From Ignavibacteriales bacterium (lineage in GTDB: Bacteria > Bacillota > Sulfobacillia > JABLXB01), in NCBI GenBank assembly GCA_050260105.1, contig JBLNBR010000008.1, positions 2,099 to 66,098 on the forward strand: a DNA stretch of 64,000 bases, in the 5' to 3' direction. The position numbers and the translations under genes were made by a program. Of the stretch, positions 9,080 through 19,396 are shown in pieces; position 1 is the first letter of the stretch; each line of letters begins with the position of its first letter. The notes beneath the pieces are model-generated. The model saw only the letters and a program-made list of their open reading frames with translations, made no database searches and had not been told where the DNA came from.

Positions 9080-10654
9080 ATGACCGGGGAACACACAGAT
9101 CTGAGCGCGCTGGCGCGTGAGGTGGCGGAGAGGACCAGGTTCCCGCGTGACTGCTACGAGGTGGCTGCCGTTCTCGAGTCGATGGCCTGGACAGACGCCC
9201 TCGCACTCGAACGCTTCGGATTCGAGGATGTGTTCGAGCTCGCCAGCGCAGTCTTCGGGATGATCCCCAGGATAACCGCGGAATCCGCCGCCCGCCCCGA
9301 TAGAACCCCGGTATGGTTGGTACTACTGGTCATGGTCAAGCAATTCCTCCGTGGGATCATGTTCGCGATGCCGATGGCGATTTCTATCATCGCCATGCTC
9401 ACGATAAGGTATTCGCTCTGGTCCTACCAGTACTTCTCCGTCGAGAACGCCACGGCCATCGCGATCGGCACGGCGATGAGTTTCGTCGCCACGGGAGGCT
9501 TCACGCAGGCGATAGCCAGGCGGGGCCTGATGTACATTTCGCAGAATGAATACGGCCTCGCCAGGAGACTCTCATTCAATATCGTGCTGATTGGTGTTGT
9601 CGCCACGCTTGTTCTCGGGGCAGTCATGTTCCTGCTCAACCTGGCGTTCGCCGTTTTCCCCTGGAGCATGGCGTGGTTCACCTTCATATACTACCTGTTT
9701 CTATCGGCGATCTGGCTGTCAATCACGATCCTGTACATGCTCCGCAGGGAAGTCCTGTTCACCCTGGTGATGGCGGCCGGTATCGGGCTGGTGGTCCTCC
9801 TGCACGAATTCCTGCGCCTTACGATCATCGTCTCACAGATACTTGCTCTCTCGGTAACCGCTGGGGTATCGCTATCCCTGGCCACATACCTGTTCCTCTC
9901 CGCGGAGAGGCGAAGCGAATCGGGTCTCGAGGCAGCTCCGCTCCCGCGAGCCTCGCTTGTCGTGTATACCAGCGTTCCGTATTTCGTCTACGGCGTGCTG
10001 TACTTCTCGTTTCTGTATCTCGACAGGATCATAAGCTGGTCGACGAACGACGTGTACATGCCATACGTCATATGGTTTCGCGGACAATACGAACTGGGGC
10101 TGGACTGGGCGATTCTCGCCATCATCATCCCCATGGGCGCGGTGGAAATGATACTCGAGCAGTTTGTGGGGAGCCTCCTGAAGTCCGAGAAGGCTACCTC
10201 CGGCGCCGAATCGCGGCAATTCGGCCGGATGTACGTGAAGACATACACCAGGCAGATGGCGCTTTACCTCGCGCTGTCCGCGCTGAGTGGATACCTTCTG
10301 CATTCGGCCATCCTGCACGTGGAAAACCTGAGGATGTTCGAGGTGTACGTCTCGGGTGACCGCGTTTCATGGATTGTCTTCAACTGGTCGCTGATCGCCT
10401 ATGTGCTGTTGGCGGCCGGCCTGCTCAACTCGCTGATGCTATTCTGTCTTTCGAGGCCGGAGATGGCGGTGCGGGCGATTTCGTCGGCAGTACTGGTGGA
10501 TTTCGTCGTGGGCTTCGTTTGCAGCCGGCTCCTGGGTTACTACTGGGCAGTAGCCGGTCTCGTCGTCGGAGCCGCTGTCTTCGCGGTTACGGGTTCGAGG
10601 CAGGTTTTCAGGGTGTTGCGCAATCTCGATTATTACTATTACGCGTCACTCTAG
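9080..10654 (+). CDS. Polytopic integral membrane protein (about 12 TM segments) with ~60-aa cytoplasmic N-domain; possible polysaccharide polymerase or exporter component
   Basis: Hydrophobic periodicity throughout. Long uninterrupted ORF inside the operon. No family signature recognised. Confidence 0.55.
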   Translation: MTGEHTDLSALAREVAERTRFPRDCYEVAAVLESMAWTDALALERFGFEDVFELASAVFGMIPRITAESAARPDRTPVWLVLLVMVKQFLRGIMFAMPMAISIIAMLTIRYSLWSYQYFSVENATAIAIGTAMSFVATGGFTQAIARRGLMYISQNEYGLARRLSFNIVLIGVVATLVLGAVMFLLNLAFAVFPWSMAWFTFIYYLFLSAIWLSITILYMLRREVLFTLVMAAGIGLVVLLHEFLRLTIIVSQILALSVTAGVSLSLATYLFLSAERRSESGLEAAPLPRASLVVYTSVPYFVYGVLYFSFLYLDRIISWSTNDVYMPYVIWFRGQYELGLDWAILAIIIPMGAVEMILEQFVGSLLKSEKATSGAESRQFGRMYVKTYTRQMALYLALSALSGYLLHSAILHVENLRMFEVYVSGDRVSWIVFNWSLIAYVLLAAGLLNSLMLFCLSRPEMAVRAISSAVLVDFVVGFVCSRLLGYYWAVAGLVVGAAVFAVTGSRQVFRVLRNLDYYYYASL

Positions 10655-10709
10655 CGGCCGTCCGGCCTGCCGGGCCGTCCGGCGTTGGCCGGGCGGTCTG
10701 TGATGGGGG

Positions 10710-12698
10710 ATGGACTTGTACAACAGCGTGACAATCGCTACGGCGCTGTTCCGGATGGGCCTGTCATTCACCGGCCTGTTCATGGTATTGCCAGCGTTGT
10801 TGTTCAGGAAGGAGCCGGGGGCGCCGGCGCTGGACTCTTTCTACGCCAATTTCGTGAAGATGGTGTTCTTCATCCAGGTGACAACATATGCGCTTGCCGC
10901 TGTCCGCCTGTATGAAGTAATCTCGCTCGTCACGGTCTTCCTTGTGGCGGGCCTGTGGCGGGTAAGGTCATCAATGACCCCGGAACAGGTTCCCCGCGTT
11001 CGATCCATGCTCACGGTCCGCGGCCTGGACCTGGCGGACAGGAGGGTCGGCCTGTCCCACCTGGCCGCTCAGTGCAGGTTGACCATGGCGGCCCATGTCC
11101 GGGGTGTGTGTGTGGCGATGCGCGATAGGCTGAACCTCTTCGACTCGCTTGCGCTGTTCGCCACGCTCGGATACGCTGCCTACCTGCGGTTCCTCGACTC
11201 GATCGTCAACGCGGCCCCCGCCATGTCCGACTCTTATGTGACGCTGGCATGGATGAAATACATCGAGCGCCGCCAACTGTTTCACGATGGGATTTACCCG
11301 CACGGGTTTCACATATGGCTGTCGGTCCTGCACAAGTTCTCCGCCATCGACGCCCTGTTCGTGCTCAAATACGCCGGACCGTTCAACTCCGTGTTGACAA
11401 CGCTGTCATGCTACTACTTCGTATCGAGGATGACGGAAAACCCCCTGGCCGGCGTATGTTCGGCGTTCGCATACGGCTGCCTGCCCTCTTTCATGCCCTA
11501 CGAGTTCCAGCGTCAGGCGGCCACCAACTCACAGGAGTTCGCGATGCTGTTCCTGCTGCCGGCCGTTGTGTTCGTCGTGAGGTACCTGAGGCAGGGATCG
11601 CCCCGGGATCTCGCGGCCGCCTTCTGCGCGATCGGCGTCACGGGGTTGACTCACCCCGTGGTGACGCTGTTCGCGGTTGCTGGAGCGTTTGCCGCCGTCT
11701 GCGCAAGCGTGTTTTCGCTTTCGACCGGTTTTCGCAGGCTCGTGCGGATGGCCGGCGCCGGCATCGGGGCGGGGGGCGTGGCGTGCGTCCCGCTGGCCGC
11801 CGGACTGGCGGCGGGCATACCCTTTCACGGTTCATCGGCCGAATTCGCAGTCGCTGAAGGGGTGGCCTCTATACCCGTTGTCCAGCGCCTGCACGCCGCA
11901 GCACTTGTTGCCGGTCTGGCGGGGTGCCTGCTGTGCGCCGTGCTGGCGAGATCACGTCAGTCGCGCGCTGGTTTTCTCTGTTGCGGCTTTCTTGTCTTGG
12001 GATCGGTGTTGGTTTACATGGCGCCCGCTTTCGGGGTCCAGAACCTTGCGCTCTCCGCACGGTCCGGCGAGGTGTATGCCCTGGGGTTGTGCGTGGCTCT
12101 CGGCGCAGTGATTTCCGCGGCGGTACCGCGGGGATCCCTCGGAAGGCGCTGGTTTGTGGTTGCCTGGGGGTGGCTCACTCGAGCGGGGGTCGCAGGGCTC
12201 GCTGCGGCGGTGTTGATGCTGTTCCCCCAGTCGCCCGCCCGTCCATACAAGATGCAGACGAACGAAAGTGCGGAACAGTACATTCGCATCCTGCTCACGG
12301 ACACCCCGACCGATTGGCTCATCGTTTCCGACTTCGAGGGCTATTCTTTGGTGCTGGGGCGGGGCTGGCACTTGATGACTGGGGATTTCGTGCGGCAGGT
12401 GGACCCGTCGGGTGAGAAGCTGGAGATCGTGCAGAACGGGGTGTCGTCGCCCCTCGAGATGTCGAGGATCTACCTGTTCTACGAGGAGAACCCGTACAAG
12501 CCTCCCATCGAGGAGGCCATTCCTGAATACGAACGCAAGGTGGTGGACCAGCGCCGCCTCGCGGAATGGATAGCGAAATACGAGGCTCATCACGGGCCGC
12601 TGAAGGTGTATCACAGGGGGCCGGCTCTGACGATCTATGTCATAGAGCGTTCACCGGATAAGCGTAAGGAATTCGAGAGGATATGGGGCGATGCGTAA
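10710..12698 (+). CDS. Large polytopic membrane protein, GT-C-like/YfhO-like putative glycosyltransferase or polymerase (paralog 1)
   Basis: Multi-TM N-terminal two-thirds plus a soluble C-domain. Shares blocks with the next gene (DSYVTLAWMKYIERRQLFHDGIYPHGFH; RQAATNSQEFAMLFLLP; LGRGWH). Confidence 0.6.
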   Translation: MDLYNSVTIATALFRMGLSFTGLFMVLPALLFRKEPGAPALDSFYANFVKMVFFIQVTTYALAAVRLYEVISLVTVFLVAGLWRVRSSMTPEQVPRVRSMLTVRGLDLADRRVGLSHLAAQCRLTMAAHVRGVCVAMRDRLNLFDSLALFATLGYAAYLRFLDSIVNAAPAMSDSYVTLAWMKYIERRQLFHDGIYPHGFHIWLSVLHKFSAIDALFVLKYAGPFNSVLTTLSCYYFVSRMTENPLAGVCSAFAYGCLPSFMPYEFQRQAATNSQEFAMLFLLPAVVFVVRYLRQGSPRDLAAAFCAIGVTGLTHPVVTLFAVAGAFAAVCASVFSLSTGFRRLVRMAGAGIGAGGVACVPLAAGLAAGIPFHGSSAEFAVAEGVASIPVVQRLHAAALVAGLAGCLLCAVLARSRQSRAGFLCCGFLVLGSVLVYMAPAFGVQNLALSARSGEVYALGLCVALGAVISAAVPRGSLGRRWFVVAWGWLTRAGVAGLAAAVLMLFPQSPARPYKMQTNESAEQYIRILLTDTPTDWLIVSDFEGYSLVLGRGWHLMTGDFVRQVDPSGEKLEIVQNGVSSPLEMSRIYLFYEENPYKPPIEEAIPEYERKVVDQRRLAEWIAKYEAHHGPLKVYHRGPALTIYVIERSPDKRKEFERIWGDA

Positions 12699-14856
12699 AC
12701 AGGCGCCTGATTCTGGCTCACAGCGGGGACTCACGACGGGGATGGGGTGTCTCACCACTCTCCTCATCCTGGCTGTCTTGAACGCCGCCCTCTATCTTCT
12801 GTTCAAAGCGCAGCCTGCCAGCGTGCAGCGCACGGCCCTGAATATGATTGCCAGCCTCATCAATGGGGCCAAGGTAGTCGTGTTTTTCTGCCTGATCTTC
12901 ATCTACCTTCCCTGGCGCACAATCGTGCTGCCTGCTGGTCAGCCATGGCTCGATAGACTATTTGCGAACCTGACCCTCTCGACGGCCGTCTTCACCGTCG
13001 TAGTACACGTCCTGGCCCTGCTCAGACTGTACGATCCCATTTCCATCTGGCTGTCCACTGCATTCCTATGTTTCTTCGCCCTGAGAACTGCAAGGGGGCG
13101 TCGAGCGGGGGTCCCGAACTCATCGCGCGGGAATCCGGACACTACGTTCGGCCAGTTCCTGGACATGATTGACCGTCGCACTGACCTGGTGCAGGCGGTG
13201 CTACTGCCACTTCTTCAGCGAGTCACGCGCATGGTGAGGGATTGGCTACGCACACTCACAAGGTTGGCCCTGTCTTGGGATGGACTCCTTTTCGTGTGTG
13301 CAATGGCTTACCCGACGTATCTCCGTATGCACCATGCTATTACCAAGGCGTACTACTCCTGCTCGGACGCTTACGTTCACCTGGCGTGGAGCAAATACTT
13401 GAGTTCTGGAGAGTTGTACCGCGACGGCATCTACCCTCACGGGATGCATGCGGTGCTCTCACTGCTAGATAGGATGGCCTTCGTCGACCCGTATTGGGTG
13501 TTCCGCTACGCAGGGGCCATGGTGGGAGTGCTGATTGTCCTTGCTGTGTTCTACGCGGTTTACCGCTTCACATCTGATTTGCCAGCTGCAGCGGTTGCTT
13601 CGTTTGTTTACGGGATCGAGTGTGGTCTGCCGGCATCGGCCTGGAGGCAGACAGCGGCCCTGCCGCAGGAATTCGCGATGCTATTCTTGCTCCCCGGGTT
13701 GGTGTTCCTAAATGACTATGTCGGCACCGACGACCGGCGGTACTTGTTGCTGTTCCTTGCGGCGTATTTCATGACCCTGGTCAGTCACCCGTTTATATCG
13801 TTTTACATGTTGATCGGGACGGCTTGCATACTACTGCCGGCGGTCATCGGCCGATCGATCGGCCTGCGCCAGGTGGGCTGGTTGGGTATTGGCGGCCTGC
13901 TCACGAGCATTGCAGGGACCCTGCCATACAGTGTGGGTCTCGTTTTCCATCAGAGACTCCATTCTGTCGAGTGGGCTCTCTCCACCCAGATACTCGAGTT
14001 TTCGTCTGGTCCCACTTCCGTGGCTGACACCCTCAGGAGCATCCCCAAACCCGAGATGACAAGCGTGGTTTGTGCCGCAGCCCTCGTGCTTGCCGGAGGG
14101 TTATCGGTTCTCCACCGCCGGGCTTCCGGGCGACGGCCGGCGGCAGGATTGGGCCTCACGTGCCTTGTCCTTTTCGCTATGTGTGAGGCTCGAGTTCTAG
14201 GGCTGCCACAGTTGATTGAGCCTCAACGTACCCGAATGGTGTTTTCGCTTGTGGCTGCAACCATACTCGGCCAAGTGGCTTCGGCCTTGCGGTACGCCAT
14301 CCGAGGAAATCTGAGACGCGTTGTGGCGATACTCGCCATTGTGGCCCTGGGAGTCTACTTCCACCCCAAACCCTACGTCAGTGAAATGTTGGAGTATTCG
14401 GTTGCAGCGGAGACATACTTGCGGCTCAGAGATGAGTTCCCGCCGCTGAGCTGGACCCTCGTGGCGCCCGTGGAACAGTACCAACAGGTGTTGGGGCGAG
14501 GATGGCACTACGAGCTTATCCGATTTGTCACCGAATTCAATGTGGAGAGGGTTTCGAGAAAGAGTTTCCGTTTTCCGATACCTACCCCGCACATCTTTGT
14601 TCTTGTCGAGAAAATTCCGCTGGGAACGAAGGTCCCTGTAACCCCAGAGATGGCACTGAAGCCGTTGCCGAGTAGCGGATCTGAATTGGGTACTGGCTAC
14701 TACCGCAACGCTTCCCTGCGGAGCATTGTCGAGGCGCGCGCCATGGCCATTTGTGAGGCATACATGTCAAGCCATAATGACGCCACCATCTACTACGAAG
14801 ACGACACCATCAGGGTGTATCACTTTGTGAATGCCGTTACCAAGACATTGCAGTAG
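12691..14856 (+). CDS. Large polytopic membrane protein, GT-C-like/YfhO-like (paralog 2, tandem duplicate of the upstream gene)
   Basis: Matching blocks DAYVHLAWSKYLSSGELYRDGIYPHGMH, RQTAALPQEFAMLFLLP and LGRGWH. Overlaps paralog 1 by 8 nt. Confidence 0.6.
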   Translation: MRKQAPDSGSQRGLTTGMGCLTTLLILAVLNAALYLLFKAQPASVQRTALNMIASLINGAKVVVFFCLIFIYLPWRTIVLPAGQPWLDRLFANLTLSTAVFTVVVHVLALLRLYDPISIWLSTAFLCFFALRTARGRRAGVPNSSRGNPDTTFGQFLDMIDRRTDLVQAVLLPLLQRVTRMVRDWLRTLTRLALSWDGLLFVCAMAYPTYLRMHHAITKAYYSCSDAYVHLAWSKYLSSGELYRDGIYPHGMHAVLSLLDRMAFVDPYWVFRYAGAMVGVLIVLAVFYAVYRFTSDLPAAAVASFVYGIECGLPASAWRQTAALPQEFAMLFLLPGLVFLNDYVGTDDRRYLLLFLAAYFMTLVSHPFISFYMLIGTACILLPAVIGRSIGLRQVGWLGIGGLLTSIAGTLPYSVGLVFHQRLHSVEWALSTQILEFSSGPTSVADTLRSIPKPEMTSVVCAAALVLAGGLSVLHRRASGRRPAAGLGLTCLVLFAMCEARVLGLPQLIEPQRTRMVFSLVAATILGQVASALRYAIRGNLRRVVAILAIVALGVYFHPKPYVSEMLEYSVAAETYLRLRDEFPPLSWTLVAPVEQYQQVLGRGWHYELIRFVTEFNVERVSRKSFRFPIPTPHIFVLVEKIPLGTKVPVTPEMALKPLPSSGSELGTGYYRNASLRSIVEARAMAICEAYMSSHNDATIYYEDDTIRVYHFVNAVTKTLQ

Positions 14857-14904
14857 AGCGCATGCATGTCCACAATGAGGTAGCGCTGGAAAGGGGCGGT
14901 TGAC

Positions 14905-15732
14905 ATGAGAAGGATCCTCGTGATGCCCCAGTACAACGAAGAGCGCACGGTAATTGGTGTGCTCGAGTCAGCCTCGAGATTCGTCGACAGGATCATAATT
15001 GTAAATGATGGTTCGACCGATTCATCCCAGACCCTCATCGAAGAGTGGATGGACAGCAGGCCGGGAGTGGCCCTGATCAACCTGGCTGCAAACCAGGGAA
15101 TGTCGGGAGCGCTCCTCGCGGGATTCTGCGAAGTCTATCGCCTGTACATTGAACGCATGCTGGGTGACGACGACATCATCATCAATATCGACGCGGACGG
15201 CCAGCACAAGGCCGAGGAGATACCACGGATGGTCGAGGCACTGCATGCTAAGAAGGCAGACGTGCTGTTGGCCAGGCGTGACCTGTCCGGCTATCCCTTA
15301 TTCAAGCAGGTTGGAAACAAGGGTTTATCGGCCTTCGCCTCGTTCCTTTCGGGAGTCCGCTATTTTGATGTTGAATGTGGTTTTCGTTTCATGAGGGTGA
15401 AGGTCATCCCGGGCCTTCTGAAGTACTTCACGGGCCGGAGATACGGCTGTGCCCAGGAAATCGGGATGATAACCGCCTTGCTGGGCTTCGCCATTGACAA
15501 CACTGAGCCCGCCGAGATAGCCTACTACCGCGCAGGGGCGCGAGTGACCGACGGCCTCGTCAACATCGGCATGGGGTTCCTGGCTTACGCGAGGGTGAAG
15601 CTGGGCCTTGCGAACGATCTGGAACGCCTTGTCGGGCGGGTGTTAGGCCACGCCAAGGTCTGCGTGTCACCTCTTCTGGACGCGGGTCGCACTCTGTCGG
15701 CAAGAGCTAACGCAGGCCCCCTGGGGAGTTGA
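14905..15732 (+). CDS. Family 2 glycosyltransferase (DPM1-like polyprenyl-phosphate sugar transferase type)
   Basis: MPQYNEERTV…IIIVNDGSTDSS is the classic GT2 N-terminus, with the DAD motif in NIDADGQH. Confidence 0.75.
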   Translation: MRRILVMPQYNEERTVIGVLESASRFVDRIIIVNDGSTDSSQTLIEEWMDSRPGVALINLAANQGMSGALLAGFCEVYRLYIERMLGDDDIIINIDADGQHKAEEIPRMVEALHAKKADVLLARRDLSGYPLFKQVGNKGLSAFASFLSGVRYFDVECGFRFMRVKVIPGLLKYFTGRRYGCAQEIGMITALLGFAIDNTEPAEIAYYRAGARVTDGLVNIGMGFLAYARVKLGLANDLERLVGRVLGHAKVCVSPLLDAGRTLSARANAGPLGS

Positions 15733-15739
15733 GAACACC

Positions 15740-16924
15740 ATGGTGAAGCGCGGTGATTGGGCCGGGTCGGTGTTTCTTACCGACGCCCAACAACGCAAGA
15801 CCCTGGCGGCAATTCGATCCCTCGCGCGCAGGCGAATCGCGCCACACGCCGGAGAAGTGACTGTCCTTGCGACATCGCTTTTCTCGCGTTACTGTGGTGG
15901 ACGCCTGGTGTATCCATCGCCGATCCTGCACCCCTCGGAGTGGGTGGACACCGTAGAGAAGTACGTGAGAACACACGCGATAGAATGCCTGTTCCCAATG
16001 GACGATGATAGCGTGCTGTTGGCTTCGGCCCGCAGGAAGGCATTCCAATCCCTGTGCGCCCTGCCGTTGCCCCCACACGAGATACTCGTTGAGGGTATGG
16101 ACAAGGCGAAGACAGTTGCCGCTGCGCAAGGCGCGGGGCTGAGATGTCCGGTTAGTATGCCGATTGCTGCCGCATGCCAGGCCAAGGAATGGTGCGGAGG
16201 GTATCCAGCCCTGGTCAGGCCGCGAAGGAGCTCTGGCGCCAGGGGACTCCGGGTTGTCCGAGGACCGCAGGATCTGGCCAATACAGTTGCAGCGCTGGCA
16301 AAGGAATACCCGGATGGACTTCTCATCCAGGAATACCTGGCTCAAGGGCCGAAGTTCGACGTGTGCGTTATGTTGGACTGGTCGGGCAAGCCGCTCGCTT
16401 CATTCGTGCAGAGGGAGATCAGATGTTTTCCTATTCCTCACGGTCCCAGCACTGTTCAAGAGAGCGTGCACAGGCCGGATCTCGTTGACCTCGCGCTTAA
16501 GCTGCTAAAACGCATGGGTTGGACGGGCCTTGCCGAAGTGGAATTCATGGAGGACCCAAGGGACGGAATGCCGGTGTTCATGGAGGTCAACCCGAGATTC
16601 TGGGCCTCTCTTCACCTGGCGGTGGAATGTGGAGTGGACTTTCCGTATCTCTTGTATCTGCTGGCCACAGGCAGGGATGTTCCGAACCGGCACGAATACC
16701 CTGCTGGGTTGAAATGCCGGTGGCTGCTGCCCGGAGACGTACTACACTTCATTTCGAACCCTCAAAGGCTGAGGATGGAGCCGGGCTTCTTCGAATTCTT
16801 CCGCAGGGACGTTATGGATGACATCATGTCCCTGTCTGATCCGGGGCCCACACTGGGATTCATATTGGCTGCGGCAAGATATGCGTTCGATCCTGTGATG
16901 TGGCGGTTCATGTTCCGGCGGTGA
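15740..16924 (+). CDS. ATP-grasp family ligase
   Basis: PALVRPRRSSGARGLRVV (glycine-rich ATP-grasp loop) and AEVEFMED…MEVNPRF (E[IV]NPR motif). Confidence 0.65.
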   Translation: MVKRGDWAGSVFLTDAQQRKTLAAIRSLARRRIAPHAGEVTVLATSLFSRYCGGRLVYPSPILHPSEWVDTVEKYVRTHAIECLFPMDDDSVLLASARRKAFQSLCALPLPPHEILVEGMDKAKTVAAAQGAGLRCPVSMPIAAACQAKEWCGGYPALVRPRRSSGARGLRVVRGPQDLANTVAALAKEYPDGLLIQEYLAQGPKFDVCVMLDWSGKPLASFVQREIRCFPIPHGPSTVQESVHRPDLVDLALKLLKRMGWTGLAEVEFMEDPRDGMPVFMEVNPRFWASLHLAVECGVDFPYLLYLLATGRDVPNRHEYPAGLKCRWLLPGDVLHFISNPQRLRMEPGFFEFFRRDVMDDIMSLSDPGPTLGFILAAARYAFDPVMWRFMFRR

Positions 16925-17835
16925 CGACCGTCGGTGGGCCATGGCGCCGGGCGGGCAGTCCCGGGCGTTATTCTGGAGGCGCTGTCTCATTGCTCAACGC
17001 ACTCACGTTCGACATCGAAGAATGGTATCACGGCAACCTGTTCCGTTTCGCGGAACCGCAGATGGCGCGGTTCCCGAGTCGTGTTGCGCCTCCGACAATG
17101 GACATACTCGACATGCTGAGGGCATCTGGTACCAGGGCCACCTTCTTCTTCCTTGGGGTCGTGGCCAGGGATCATCCCGAGCTCGTGAGGCGCGCAGCCT
17201 CTGAAGGCCACGAAGTCGCCTGCCACGGCTGGGAGCACCGTCTCCTGTACACCCTTTCCGATGATGAAGTCAAGCAGGACCTTCTCAGGGCCAAGGGCCT
17301 CCTGGAAGACATCTCCGGCACTCGTGTAAGGGGGTTCAGGGCGCCTTCCTGGTCGATATCGCGCCGCACTACACACCTGTTGAGAGTGCTGTGCGAATGC
17401 GGGTTCGAGTACGATTCCAGCGCTTTCCCAAGAGGGACGCCGCTTTTCGGCGTTGACGGGGTTTCACCGGGGCCCACGCGGATTTCGGTTGGAGATGGTC
17501 CCGGACGGTGGAGCATTATTGAGTCTCCAGCTGCCGCCTACGACACCGGCATCGGGCTAGGGATACCGTTTGGTGGGGGATTGTTCTTGCGCATATGGCC
17601 GTACCTCCTCACCCGGTCCTGGATTCGTCGCCTCAATGGCAGGGGAGAGCCGGCCGTCATCTATGTTCACCCGTGGGAGTTGGATATGGGCCTCCCCGTC
17701 TGTAGTCCGGTGTGGCGCCGCATGGCCAGGGACTTCAACCTGCGTTCGACAAGGCCCAAGTTGGAGGCTATTCTGAGGGATTTCTCCCTGGGGACAGTTC
17801 TTGAGATGCTTCGAGAGAGAGGCCTGTATGAATAG
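16900..17835 (+). CDS. Polysaccharide deacetylase (CE4), resembling the PEP-CTERM-locus/DUF3473 subfamily
   Basis: LTFDIEEWYHG (TFDVEDWF-type motif) and HGWEHR. Overlaps upstream gene. Confidence 0.7.
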   Translation: MAVHVPAVTTVGGPWRRAGSPGRYSGGAVSLLNALTFDIEEWYHGNLFRFAEPQMARFPSRVAPPTMDILDMLRASGTRATFFFLGVVARDHPELVRRAASEGHEVACHGWEHRLLYTLSDDEVKQDLLRAKGLLEDISGTRVRGFRAPSWSISRRTTHLLRVLCECGFEYDSSAFPRGTPLFGVDGVSPGPTRISVGDGPGRWSIIESPAAAYDTGIGLGIPFGGGLFLRIWPYLLTRSWIRRLNGRGEPAVIYVHPWELDMGLPVCSPVWRRMARDFNLRSTRPKLEAILRDFSLGTVLEMLRERGLYE

Positions 17836-19396
17836 CACGCGGCGGTTGTCACCGGCTCTCATCGTTGCCGGGGCGAACATCATCCTCGCCGTGGTCGCGT
17901 TCGTCAGGGAGGCTGTCCTGGGGGCGACGATCGGGACAGAGTACTCGGCAGACGCATTCGCCCTATCCCTTTACCTGGCGGACGCGCAGGCGAATACCAT
18001 CTTCTACAGCTCGATCGTGTTCGCGGCCATCCCGGTTCTGTCAGGACATGTTGTCGATCGTCGCAGAGACAGTCTGTTGCGCACTCTTAACTCGGCTACC
18101 GGGACGGGCGTGGCCGTCAGCGCCGCTCTGTGGACAGTGAACGCATCAGCCGCCAGGCTGCTTATCAGCACCCTGGGGGCCGGCTTTCCCGCTCCAGAGA
18201 GGAGCCTGGCAACCAGCATGTTCCTCCTATTGCTCCCCCTGATTCCCTGCTACATACTTTCCGCTGTATTCATTTCGGGTTTGCAGGCATGCTCCGAGTT
18301 CGGGGTGCCCGCTTTCGGCCCCGTTGTTCTCAACGTCTTGTTCATTGCCGGCCTGGGGGCAACGATGAGCCACCTCGGGCCGGCTGGCCTGTCGGTTTCC
18401 TACAGCGTTGGCGCCGTCGCAATGCTCTTGCTCCAGGCCGTGACGCTACATGTGAAAGGGCTTCCCATCAGACCATCATTTGACATTTGCGACCCGGGAC
18501 TGAGGCAAATGGTAACCGCCCTTGTCCCGATTGCCCTTGTACAGGTCTTCAACCAGCCAACCTATCTTGTAGAGCGCATACTTGCGGGGAGGTTCGGCGA
18601 GGGTGGCGTCGCCAGCCTGACATATGCTTTCAAGGTGTCGCAGATCCCTGTCTGGGTATTCGTGGCTGCTCTGGGCGCTGTGGCGTTTCCCGCTATGTCA
18701 CGTTTCGCCCACCTCAACGACGTGGATGGAATGTCTGGCGTACTGGAAAAGGCCGCTGAACTGACCATGGCCATCACACTCCCATCGGCTGTTGTGTTCC
18801 GGGTCTTCGCCCGAGAGGTGACTGCGGCGATATTCATGAGGGGTGCATTCGGGGCGGCGTCGCTCGCTTCGACGTCCCAGGTGCTCCGGGGTTATGCGCT
18901 GGCGCCCGTATGTCACGGGTTGCTATACCTGTTGCTCAGACTGTGCTACGCCTGCCGCGACACAGCGACACCCATCATAGCAACTCTGGCCGGTTCCGCG
19001 GTTACGGTGCTAGCGGATCTCATCTTGACACCCAGTCTGGGTCTTGAGGCGCTGGGCTTCGGATCCGCCATCGGGTTGACGGTATCCGCAGCATTCATCA
19101 CCTGGAGGGTCCGTACGAGGCTGGCACGTGAGGCGCCGCGGCGCCTCGCCTTGGCCGCCGGCAGTATTCTTGTATGCTGCATCATCATGTTGATGGTGAT
19201 GTTCGCAGTCGAAGGGTGTCTGCCGGTGCACGTTGAAGCAATCACTGAGGAACAGAGGTTGTTCCGGACGGGGGCATTGTTCTCCGCAGGATTCGCGTCG
19301 TATGCGACGGCATACCTCTTTCTCGGCTCGGGAGCGTTACGATTTCGCGGAGTTGTGGCATCGAATCGCGCAGATCATGGCGCCCCCAGGGAGTGA
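17828..19396 (+). CDS. MOP-superfamily flippase, MurJ/MviN-like (PelG-like role possible)
   Basis: N-terminus ALIVAGANIILAVVAFVREAVLGATIGTEYSADAFALSLYL…IPVL matches the MurJ N-terminal pattern. About 14 TM segments, about 520 aa. Confidence 0.7.
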   Translation: MNSTRRLSPALIVAGANIILAVVAFVREAVLGATIGTEYSADAFALSLYLADAQANTIFYSSIVFAAIPVLSGHVVDRRRDSLLRTLNSATGTGVAVSAALWTVNASAARLLISTLGAGFPAPERSLATSMFLLLLPLIPCYILSAVFISGLQACSEFGVPAFGPVVLNVLFIAGLGATMSHLGPAGLSVSYSVGAVAMLLLQAVTLHVKGLPIRPSFDICDPGLRQMVTALVPIALVQVFNQPTYLVERILAGRFGEGGVASLTYAFKVSQIPVWVFVAALGAVAFPAMSRFAHLNDVDGMSGVLEKAAELTMAITLPSAVVFRVFAREVTAAIFMRGAFGAASLASTSQVLRGYALAPVCHGLLYLLLRLCYACRDTATPIIATLAGSAVTVLADLILTPSLGLEALGFGSAIGLTVSAAFITWRVRTRLAREAPRRLALAAGSILVCCIIMLMVMFAVEGCLPVHVEAITEEQRLFRTGALFSAGFASYATAYLFLGSGALRFRGVVASNRADHGAPRE

